Source of the DNA: a virus
Strand: one strand, 5' to 3'
DNA: 16,884 nt
UHGV virus genome: UHGV-0068632
Positions 1 through 6,433 of the stretch are shown in pieces. Every line of letters begins with the position of its first letter. Position 1 is the first letter of the stretch. Under the pieces are notes generated by a model, which was not told where the DNA came from, searched no databases, and saw nothing but the letters and a program-made list of their open reading frames with translations. Position numbers and translations under genes: made by a program.

Positions 1-101
1 TGAAGCCAGTTGGCGCTATTCCTGCAATGCAGACAAGAGAAGGGCGCTTTATTTTCACCGTAGCTTTTCAAACCATCATATCCAGATAAGAGGTAATAAA
101 C

Positions 102-578
102 ATGTCTCAGACTTGCGAAAAGGGCGCGTTTTTGGGCCGCGACGTGGCTGTATTCTTCGCTATCGCTTGTCCTAACGCGAAGCCGTTAGATGACGACTAC
201 AAAGCGTTAGGAATGATGCGCGGCAAAACGCTCTCAGTCGAATGGGAAACCGCAGACGCCACCGCTGATAAATCAGCAGACTACACAAAAGAATCAATGG
301 TTACTTACAAATCTGTTTCTTTCTCCGGCGATGGTGTATCCCGTACTGAAGCAATCCATAATCAGAAAGAACTGAAGCGTCACGTTATTAACCCTGGTGA
401 AACAACCGGATCTCAGCCTTATGTGTGGCTTAAACTTGTTTCCCCGGTTGATGTAACTGAAGGTCCATTCCTTTGCACTTCCTTTAAAGAGGAAGACCCG
501 AACGATGATGTTTCCACCTGGTCTATTGAGTGTTCAAGCGCTGGTAAGGTGACGGTTGGCGACATCCCAGCAGCATAA
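102..578 (+). CDS. Putative major tail (tail tube) protein, 158 aa
   Basis: Complete ORF with RBS aagagg 9 nt upstream of the ATG. Sits immediately upstream of the chaperone-position gene and tape measure gene. Size and composition fit small siphovirus tail tube proteins. Family assignment is by pattern and position, not by a search. Confidence 0.6.
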   Translation: MSQTCEKGAFLGRDVAVFFAIACPNAKPLDDDYKALGMMRGKTLSVEWETADATADKSADYTKESMVTYKSVSFSGDGVSRTEAIHNQKELKRHVINPGETTGSQPYVWLKLVSPVDVTEGPFLCTSFKEEDPNDDVSTWSIECSSAGKVTVGDIPAA

Positions 579-596
579 TAATCAATATTAATAATC

Positions 597-619
597 GGGG
601 CCGTTGGCCCCTTTCTTTT
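597..619 (+). terminator. Candidate intrinsic terminator or attenuator after the tail tube gene
   Basis: GGGGCC-gtt-GGCCCC hairpin at 597-611 followed by TTTCTTTT at 612-619, starting 19 nt after the stop codon at 576-578. Confidence 0.5.
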
Positions 620-1309
620 ATGGTGAAAACTATGATTCATGTTCGAACAGGACAATTTGCGGCGGTGGTAGACGGCAGGAGGTATGCGTTTAATCCCTGC
701 TTCGCTGCAATGGCTAAGATCGGCAGTGACAGCGAACTGGTCGAATACTTCGCAACCATCCACGGTGGCAAATATCCATCACGATTGCCAGCAGATCCAG
801 ACCTTCGCAATCGCATTCTGGCGCGGTGTTATGGTGAGTTAGTGCAAACGTCAATACACATCCTGAAATGTTGCTCAGACAACGAAATAGGCCCGTTATT
901 GGGTGAATGTAGGTTTACTCCTTCCGGCAAATTGCGACTAAAACCCGGACTGATGCCGACCAGTGACGTTATCACGCTGGCGCAACATTGCATGTACCAC
1001 GGTTTAATCGGTGACGGGCCAGAAGAAGACGCCGGAGAGATCCGGGAAGGGGAATATAAGCCGACTTTTAACGTGCTGGAATTCGTTTATTCTGCCGTAG
1101 CTCACCTGGGGTTATCAGAATCAGAAGCATGGAATATGACAATGACCGGATATAGAGCCGCCGTACGCGCTAAAACGCCGCCAGACGAAAGAAACGAGAG
1201 AAGCAAGCCAAACGTTCACATAAATAAACGTGCTTATGACGAGCAAATGGAGGCCGCTAAAAAGGCACTAGAAAGAATGAAAAATCGAGAGCAAGAAAAA
1301 GCCCGGTAG
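620..1309 (+). CDS. Putative tail assembly chaperone (gene in the lambda G/GT position), 229 aa
   Basis: ORF located between the tail tube gene and the tape measure gene. The ATG at 620 abuts the terminator T-tract and has no clear RBS; an alternative ATG at 632 is preceded by ggtga at 5 nt spacing. Function assigned by synteny only. No slippery frameshift site identified. Confidence 0.45.
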   Translation: MVKTMIHVRTGQFAAVVDGRRYAFNPCFAAMAKIGSDSELVEYFATIHGGKYPSRLPADPDLRNRILARCYGELVQTSIHILKCCSDNEIGPLLGECRFTPSGKLRLKPGLMPTSDVITLAQHCMYHGLIGDGPEEDAGEIREGEYKPTFNVLEFVYSAVAHLGLSESEAWNMTMTGYRAAVRAKTPPDERNERSKPNVHINKRAYDEQMEAAKKALERMKNREQEKAR

Positions 1310-1325
1310 ATCCGGGCGTTTTTGT
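1294..1325. terminator. Bidirectional hairpin terminator between convergent genes
   Basis: GCCCGG-tagat-CCGGGC at 1301-1317, flanked by an A-tract upstream and GTTTTTG downstream. Lies between the + gene ending at 1309 and the - gene ending at 1335. Confidence 0.6.
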
Positions 1326-1334
1326 TAAGTTCGC

Positions 1335-1655
1335 TTATGCTATTTTTTCGTAAAGCACATTCATCTGGGTGCGAATCACTGTTAATATATTGATTGCTGC
1401 GTTCTTATCAATGCGTTTATTCGCTACTATTTTTGTTTTCCCATCAATAACAACCAGATCTGCGTGCAATACATGGTTGAAGTTGACAATGTAATAATAC
1501 TGTTTATCGCCAACATGTTGAACATATGCACCATTTAGATTTCCTTTATACCCACAATCACGCTCTGCGACACCGAAGTCAAATTCGCGGTTCATCTTGC
1601 GATTATATGCTACTTGTTTATGTTCCCATTTTCTCATCCATTCATCGCGCTTCAT
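1335..1655 (-). CDS. Hypothetical basic protein, 106 aa, last gene of minus-strand cassette 1
   Basis: ORF with RBS aagggtga upstream of the ATG at 1655. The RBS overlaps the stop of the upstream lipoprotein gene, suggesting translational coupling. Net basic composition. No family recognised. Confidence 0.65.
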   Translation of the reverse strand: MKRDEWMRKWEHKQVAYNRKMNREFDFGVAERDCGYKGNLNGAYVQHVGDKQYYYIVNFNHVLHADLVVIDGKTKIVANKRIDKNAAINILTVIRTQMNVLYEKIA

Positions 1656-1664
1656 GTTTCACCC

Positions 1665-2324
1665 TTAATTCCAGTTGCAAGCGTTTTTTACTTTGTCGAT
1701 GTGGTTATAAAGACCATCAATGTTAAACACTGCTTTCTCAATGTCGCCAGCTTCCGGCACTACTTCAATGATAAATTGTTTTTCGTTAACCAGATTTTTA
1801 ATCATTGGGATGGCTTTTTTGTCGTTCCATAATCCAAGAGCTTTATAGTTAGTTGACCGCCCCCATTCAGTGGCTACAGCTTTGTGATCGCCGATCCGGT
1901 AGTTAATATAAGTAGCGTCCCCGGCGTCAGTTACACGGTGTGACCATGCTACGAACATTTTTGTTTTATTACCCTGGCAAGCAATTGTTAATACCGGTTT
2001 ATTATTATCCTGTGCCTTCAGTGCCGGGAAGGCATCAAGACTTCCGCTAAAATGATCTGCTTTCACAAAAAGGAACACGTTTTTTGTGTCCTGCATATCA
2101 TCTTTTCTTTCGACCACAAGCCACTGTTTACCAGCTTTTTCTTTTGCTAACTGTGCCTCATATGCGGCTTGTTTTGCTTGTTGTTCCGCAAGCCATTTAG
2201 CATTTTTCTCAGCCAATGCTTGTTGTTCTTGAGTGGTCACTATAGGCGCTTTTTCATTATCCTCATTGCAACCAACCAGACCCAATACCGCCGCAATCAT
2301 TGCCACTTTTGCTAACTGTTTCAT
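1665..2324 (-). CDS. Putative outer-membrane lipoprotein, 219 aa, accessory (moron-like) gene
   Basis: N-terminus MKQLAKVAMIAAVLGLVGC has a signal peptide and lipobox L-V-G-C; residue +2 is Asn, which by the +2 rule predicts outer-membrane sorting. A Gln/Ala/Lys-rich predicted helical linker precedes a globular C-terminal domain. Opposite strand to the tail genes. Confidence 0.8.
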   Translation of the reverse strand: MKQLAKVAMIAAVLGLVGCNEDNEKAPIVTTQEQQALAEKNAKWLAEQQAKQAAYEAQLAKEKAGKQWLVVERKDDMQDTKNVFLFVKADHFSGSLDAFPALKAQDNNKPVLTIACQGNKTKMFVAWSHRVTDAGDATYINYRIGDHKAVATEWGRSTNYKALGLWNDKKAIPMIKNLVNEKQFIIEVVPEAGDIEKAVFNIDGLYNHIDKVKNACNWN

Positions 2325-2336
2325 AACCCACCACGC

Positions 2337-2426
2337 TTAGTTTTTATTTTTAAGTGATTTTAACATTTCTTCAATGAAATCCGCATAGCGTTCATGTTCG
2401 TTGGGACGGTAGTTTACGTTTTTCAT
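2337..2426 (-). CDS. Small hypothetical ORF, 29 aa (MKNVNYRPNEHERYADFIEEMLKSLKNKN), first gene of cassette 1
   Basis: Found by hand; below the ORF track cutoff. RBS gagga lies 4 nt upstream of the ATG at 2426, and its stop is 12 nt upstream of the lipoprotein start. Short, so coding status is uncertain. Confidence 0.35.
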   Translation of the reverse strand: MKNVNYRPNEHERYADFIEEMLKSLKNKN

Positions 2427-2503
2427 TTTCTTGTCCTCTTTTGCTTCCTCCGGTTTATCCGGTCCTTTTAAATCCCTTTACTCTATCCATTTCCTTTAGC
2501 CTC

Positions 2504-2567
2504 TTTATACAAAATGTATTCGTTGAAGTGAAGCCATTTTGTATAAAATAGAGACATAGATCACATC
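2504..2567. promoter_or_regulatory. Divergent promoter/operator region carrying the shared motif pair
   Basis: Perfect 13-bp inverted repeat tttatacaaaatg (2504-2516) / cattttgtataaa (2535-2547) containing a TATAAA -10-like core in each orientation. Followed by catagatcaca (2555-2565) with a GATC site, 20 nt upstream of the tape measure ATG. Confidence 0.45.
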
Positions 2568-2584
2568 TTGTATGAGGTTAAATC

Positions 2585-4924
2585 ATGGCTACCAGTGTAG
2601 GTACAATTTATTACGAAGTTGATGCAAAAACTGGTCAACTTCTCGTTGCACAACGACAGGCAGACCAGGCCTTTGACCGTATAGAGCGCGGCGCAAAACA
2701 GGCTGACCGCCAGGTAAACACCCTGAAAACATCCATCAAGGCACTGACCAGGGTTATCCATTTGCTAATTGCTGCCGAGGCTGTGCGCCAATTTATGGAT
2801 ATGGCGGAGCAAGCCAAAATGCTTCGCGTAAAAATCAAATTGCTTACAGGTGAAGCGGAGGCAACGGAACGGGTTTTCAACAGACTGAAAGAAATATCAA
2901 AAGAAACAGGCCAAAGCCTCAAGGATACTGGTGCCCTGTGGCAAGGTCTTGCTATATCGCTAAAAAACACATCCGCCACAGAAGGCCAGGTGCTCAACCT
3001 GGTCAGCACGCTGCAAAAACTTGGTAACTTGGGCGGCGTGTCTGCGGAACAACTATCAAACTCCATGCTTCAGTTCCGCCAGGCTATTGATGCTGGCGTG
3101 TTGCAGGCGGAAGAGTTCAACTCAATACGTGATAACACCCCAACAATCATACAGGAAATGGCCCGACAGATGGGGTTATCTATGGGGCAGTTCCGCGCCG
3201 AAATGCTGGACGGCAAGATCACGGCTGAAAGGATGCTCAACGCGATCCAGGCGGCTACGCAGGAAACAAACGAGAAGTTTGCACAGTTACCGCGCACGTC
3301 CGGTATGGCTTTTAATGAGCTTAAAGTCGAGGTGATGGGACTTGTCGAACAACTTGATGATCTTTTCGGCATATCAGATGGCGTTGTGTCAGCTATCGAC
3401 TTAATAACTGGTGGCGTTGAGGGATTAGGTAAAGGCGCAAAATTCGCCGCAACCTGTTTCAATACACTAAAAACGGCTGGCAGTGAGTTTATCGACATGT
3501 TTGATGATGTTGCTGTTAAAGCTGGTGAGGTGGCGGAAGAGATTATCAGGATGGTAACGCCAATCAAAGCGCTAATGGATGGCTACAAATGGATGAAGGA
3601 GATCATTGATAAACGCAAGAATGAGCTAAACAGCAACAACGAAAAGAAATTCGGCCCTACAGTCGGTAAGGTCATGACGTTTGCAAATGACATCAAAAAT
3701 GCGACCGCCGCTTATGATGAGTTTATGCAGAAACAGGGTGAGGCTGATGACGGCAAGATCACCGGATTCGATCAGCCAGTTGGCAAGCCGAAAAAAGGGA
3801 AAAAAGACAAGAAATCTGAAGCTGATCGGCTTGGTGATGAAGGCATAAAAGTATCCGACCAGTACAACAAAGACGCCGCAGCTATGCGCAAAGCGTTAGA
3901 GAACGGCAAGGCCATTGATGCTGCATTCGCCCAGGGTAAAATCACTCTCCTTGAGTACCGCGCCGCGCAAAAAGGGATAGGTAAGGAACTGAAGGAAGAA
4001 TTAGCGCAAATTCCGGTAGATGAATTGCGTGATAAATGGGCGCAAATAGTAAGCCCGATGGATCAGCTTAAAGGTGAGGTTGACCCTATCCAGCAGGTGC
4101 AGAATGAATGGGCCGTCCGTAAGCAAATGCTTATCGACCTGGGCGTTACTGAAGCGCAACAGAAACAGGAACTGTTAGCCTATGAGCAACAGATCCGTGA
4201 TCTGAAGTGGGAACAGTGGCAGGCACAAAGCGATACAAACGGCCTTATCGGTGATTGCGTTAATGGCCTAAAAGGTGGTATGAGCAATGCACTTGTTGGC
4301 CTGTTAAATGGTACTCAATCATTGAGTGATGTTTTTGCTAACTTAGGCAGCAATATCCTCGGGAATATCGGTAACAGGCTTTCAGACATAGCTGCAAACT
4401 GGATAGCAGATCAGATCATGATGGAAACGCAAAGCAAAGCGACTCAGGCAAGTACCACGGCGGGCGCGGTAGCGGCGCAAGGCCAGATTGCTGCGGCGGC
4501 GGCCCCGGCGGCGGCGGCAACAGCGGCGTCAACTGGCGGCGCATGGGCGGCGGCTGGTTCTGCGGCACTCACTGCGATCATGTCGCTGGCTACGTCAATT
4601 TTCGGCGGCGGTCGCTTTAATGGTGGTAGCGTTATTGGTGGCAATATGTACCGCGTAGGGGAACACAACAGGCCGGAGCTATTCCAGACATCTAACGGAA
4701 ATCAATATATGATCCCAGGCGAGAATGGCAGGGTTATTCCTGGGCGTGATATTGGCGGTGGCGGCGGCATTAGTATGCCTGTCAATATCAACATTCAGAC
4801 CACAAACGGATTTAGCGACGAAGACAGTCGCAGACTTGAGCAAACAATGGAACGTGTAGCAATGAAGATGATAACAAGGGAATCACAAAGACCTGGAGGA
4901 ATATTGCAACCGCGCCGCAAATAA
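2585..4924 (+). CDS. Tail tape measure protein, 779 aa
   Basis: Large ORF in the expected position, with RBS gagg 8 nt upstream. Has the mostly helical N-terminal region and the Ala/Gly-rich hydrophobic segment (QASTTAGAVAAQGQIAAAAAPAAAATAAS...) typical of tape measure proteins. Followed by gpM/L/K/I/J homologues. Confidence 0.9.
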   Translation: MATSVGTIYYEVDAKTGQLLVAQRQADQAFDRIERGAKQADRQVNTLKTSIKALTRVIHLLIAAEAVRQFMDMAEQAKMLRVKIKLLTGEAEATERVFNRLKEISKETGQSLKDTGALWQGLAISLKNTSATEGQVLNLVSTLQKLGNLGGVSAEQLSNSMLQFRQAIDAGVLQAEEFNSIRDNTPTIIQEMARQMGLSMGQFRAEMLDGKITAERMLNAIQAATQETNEKFAQLPRTSGMAFNELKVEVMGLVEQLDDLFGISDGVVSAIDLITGGVEGLGKGAKFAATCFNTLKTAGSEFIDMFDDVAVKAGEVAEEIIRMVTPIKALMDGYKWMKEIIDKRKNELNSNNEKKFGPTVGKVMTFANDIKNATAAYDEFMQKQGEADDGKITGFDQPVGKPKKGKKDKKSEADRLGDEGIKVSDQYNKDAAAMRKALENGKAIDAAFAQGKITLLEYRAAQKGIGKELKEELAQIPVDELRDKWAQIVSPMDQLKGEVDPIQQVQNEWAVRKQMLIDLGVTEAQQKQELLAYEQQIRDLKWEQWQAQSDTNGLIGDCVNGLKGGMSNALVGLLNGTQSLSDVFANLGSNILGNIGNRLSDIAANWIADQIMMETQSKATQASTTAGAVAAQGQIAAAAAPAAAATAASTGGAWAAAGSAALTAIMSLATSIFGGGRFNGGSVIGGNMYRVGEHNRPELFQTSNGNQYMIPGENGRVIPGRDIGGGGGISMPVNINIQTTNGFSDEDSRRLEQTMERVAMKMITRESQRPGGILQPRRK

Positions 4925-4927
4925 ACG

Positions 4928-4958
4928 AAACCCCGGTACAATGCCGGGGTTATCTTTT
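4928..4958. terminator. Bidirectional hairpin terminator
   Basis: CCCCGG-tacaatg-CCGGGG at 4931-4949 followed by TTATCTTTT. Lies between the tape measure stop (4924) and the stop of the minus-strand ORF at 4957. Confidence 0.6.
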
Positions 4959-5133
4959 AGTTATTCTCAAAACTTGTATATCCTCTTTCAATTTTCCCGC
5001 CTCTTACACTTCTTGCAAATACTGCATCATTATGTTTGAAAAATGGTTCAGTATATGTGTCTCCTTTACTATCCATCCATTTCACGATCCAGGCTATACG
5101 TTTTACATTGCTTTTATTTGCCTGGTTTTTCAT
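4957..5133 (-). CDS. Small hypothetical protein, 58 aa (MKNQANKSNVKRIAWIVKWMDSKGDTYTEPFFKHNDAVFARSVRGGKIERGYTSFENN)
   Basis: Found by hand; one codon under the track cutoff. Strong RBS ggagg about 9 nt upstream of the ATG at 5133. The overlapping + strand track ORFs 5032-5289 and 5043-5228 lack an RBS and look like low-complexity antisense artefacts. Confidence 0.5.
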   Translation of the reverse strand: MKNQANKSNVKRIAWIVKWMDSKGDTYTEPFFKHNDAVFARSVRGGKIERGYTSFENN

Positions 5134-5151
5134 TTTATTTTCCTCCGCAAA

Positions 5152-5244
5152 TTACAATCTTCCGTTTCTGGCTATATAGCTGCGAGAAAACATCACCAAC
5201 CAAATATTCCAGATCTCCCTCCAGGTGAATTTATCGTCCTCCAT
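5152..5244 (-). CDS. Possible micro-ORF, 30 aa (MEDDKFTWREIWNIWLVMFSRSYIARNGRL)
   Basis: RBS gaggtg upstream of the ATG at 5244 overlaps the TGA stop of the 84-aa gene, and its own stop sits just upstream of the RBS of the 58-aa gene. Very short, so low confidence. Confidence 0.25.
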   Translation of the reverse strand: MEDDKFTWREIWNIWLVMFSRSYIARNGRL

Positions 5245-5251
5245 ACCCACC

Positions 5252-5506
5252 TCACTTATGGCAACCGCGAACGCCAGACAATTCATTGAATTTATGGTGT
5301 TCAACAATCACCCACTCTTTCAGATCCTGGCTATAGACTCGCCAGTCTAAATTGGCGCGGAAGGCGTAGCCGTAACCGTCTTTCAATTTTTTGGGTGACG
5401 CATTCTTGTTTAAAAACGCGTTCAAAAGTTCCTTTGCTTTTTTGACTACATGTCCCGGCGCGTTTTTCTGTGCTTTCAGATTTTTGTCAATCGCTACCAG
5501 TTTCAT
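5252..5506 (-). CDS. Basic 84-aa protein, tentatively RelE/ParE-superfamily-like (candidate toxin or mRNA interferase)
   Basis: Complete ORF in the track. Net charge about +9. The segment KKLKDGYGYAFRANLDWRVYSQDLKEWVIVEHHK resembles, by eye, the beta-strand core and C-terminal His/Tyr region of RelE/YoeB/YafQ-type toxins. This is pattern recognition only, not an alignment. Confidence 0.55.
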   Translation of the reverse strand: MKLVAIDKNLKAQKNAPGHVVKKAKELLNAFLNKNASPKKLKDGYGYAFRANLDWRVYSQDLKEWVIVEHHKFNELSGVRGCHK

Positions 5507-5523
5507 AACTCACCCCATCATCC

Positions 5524-5678
5524 TTAGTTAAGTGCCTTCAGGAAGAAGTCCCGGTATTCATCTTCTTTTGCATTCATCATGAATTGACCGTATTTGAATG
5601 CGTCGTCGAAACCCTTAACGATTGCTATTTCCACTTGTTCGAATGCGTTGTTTAGCATTACCACTACATAGCGTTTCA
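5524..5678 (-). CDS. Small hypothetical protein, 51 aa (MKRYVVVMLNNAFEQVEIAIVKGFDDAFKYGQFMMNAKEDEYRDFFLKALN), possible partner of the 84-aa protein
   Basis: Strong RBS aggagg 6-7 nt upstream of the ATG at 5678. The track's longer 76-aa version starting at 5754 runs through the promoter motif and has no RBS, so the internal start is preferred. Lies 17 nt upstream of the 84-aa gene. Confidence 0.55.
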
Positions 5679-5744
5679 TTTTGGGCCTCCTTCGTTGGTA
5701 CTGCTTTTCTTCTTGCTTTCTATATACATCTTGATGCGTGATAT

Positions 5745-5830
5745 GTGAAGCCATTTTGTAAACTAGCTATAATCATTGTGATGAAGATCTCATTTTTTGC
5801 GTAGAATCGCGTAAAAGTATATACAAAATG
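5745..5830. promoter_or_regulatory. Divergent promoter/operator region carrying the shared motif pair
   Basis: gtgaagccattttgta at 5745-5760 is identical over 16 bp to 2528-2543. A perfect TATAAT lies at 5768-5773 and a GATC at 5786-5789. The motif recurs in reverse orientation as tatacaaaatg at 5820-5830. Confidence 0.4.
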
Positions 5831-5848
5831 TAAATTATAGGGGGATTT

Positions 5849-6202
5849 ATGCCTGAAGTGTTCCGATGGACACCACAAAGAAGCTACAGCGTAAACAGTG
5901 AGCCTAACGTGTCTGTCATTAAGCTGGGTGATGGGTATGAACAGCGCCAGACAAAAGGGATTAACCCTTTACTTGATAGCTACAGCCTGGTTTTTAAAGG
6001 CACAAGCGCCGGATGCGGTGACGCCGGAAACGTGGCGCTCCAAGTTGACGCATTTTTAAGGGCGCGTTGCGCGGTCGAGGCGTTTTACTGGACTCCATCA
6101 ACTGACGGGGTGCAAAGGCTTTTTGTATGCAGAAAGTGGAGCATGACGAAAGACGGCCCGGTATGCACGCTAAACGCAACTTTTGAGCAAGTTGTCAATT
6201 AA
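5849..6202 (+). CDS. Minor tail protein, lambda gpM-like, 117 aa
   Basis: Matches my recollection of lambda gpM along its length: FRW near the N-terminus, GDGYxQR, WTP, CxKWS, and the C-terminal FEQVVN. RBS ggggga 4 nt upstream. Confidence 0.9.
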   Translation: MPEVFRWTPQRSYSVNSEPNVSVIKLGDGYEQRQTKGINPLLDSYSLVFKGTSAGCGDAGNVALQVDAFLRARCAVEAFYWTPSTDGVQRLFVCRKWSMTKDGPVCTLNATFEQVVN

Positions 6203-6215
6203 TGGAGGTGTCAAT

Positions 6216-6401
6216 ATGTATGCTATTTGTGTAGTGGACCGCACGGGCGCTTTTACATTGTTTGACGACTATGAAATCAACGATCTTACTGTAAAGGCTG
6301 ATAATGGCGAGATCTGGTATCTTCATGATGTTGGTGACGGGTATGTCGGATGCAGATCGAGAGAGGGTAGGGAAGTTTTATTTTTACTTGATGGCGTATA
6401 A
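6216..6401 (+). CDS. Small hypothetical protein, 61 aa, between the gpM-like and gpL-like genes
   Basis: RBS ggaggtg about 6 nt upstream of the ATG at 6216. The track start at 6183 has no RBS. No counterpart in the lambda M-L junction, so probably accessory. Confidence 0.55.
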   Translation: MYAICVVDRTGAFTLFDDYEINDLTVKADNGEIWYLHDVGDGYVGCRSREGREVLFLLDGV

Positions 6402-6406
6402 ACACG

Positions 6407-6433
6407 ACCCCGCGCGAAGCGGGGTTATTATTA
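6407..6433. terminator. Bidirectional hairpin terminator
   Basis: ACCCCGC-gcgaa-GCGGGGT at 6407-6425 followed by TATTATTATT. The same 19-mer occurs as an exact reverse complement at 14606-14624. Confidence 0.6.

Noticed and set aside
620-1309. Programmed -1 frameshift (lambda G/GT type) in the chaperone-position gene
   Set aside because: The gene is one continuous 229-aa ORF. I could not identify a slippery heptamer with a downstream overlapping frame, and the next + strand gene is more than 1.2 kb away beyond a terminator.
1526-1832. Plus-strand track ORFs 1526-1726 and 1614-1832, and minus-strand ORF 2561-2761
   Set aside because: They overlap the better-supported minus-strand cassette genes or the tape measure start region, have no RBS, and give low-complexity translations.
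2635-4668. Minus-strand track ORFs inside the tape measure gene (2635-3066, 3070-3567, 4444-4668) and + strand ORF 3021-3335
   Set aside because: Antisense or alternative-frame shadows of a well-supported long gene. They are low-complexity (Ser/Ala/Pro-rich), lack an RBS, and the 4444-4668 frame simply mirrors the GC-rich Ala/Gly-coding stretch.
5032-5289. Plus-strand track ORFs 5032-5289 and 5043-5228
   Set aside because: No RBS and hydrophobic low-complexity translation. They overlap minus-strand ORFs that do have strong Shine-Dalgarno sequences and operon-like coupling.
5524-5754. Long forms of two minus-strand track ORFs (76 aa at 5524-5754 and 76 aa at 7469-7699), and the GTG start of the gpL-like gene at 7721
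   Set aside because: The upstream extensions run through the conserved intergenic promoter motifs and lack RBSs. Internal ATGs at 5678, 7624 and 7754 are each preceded by a good Shine-Dalgarno sequence.
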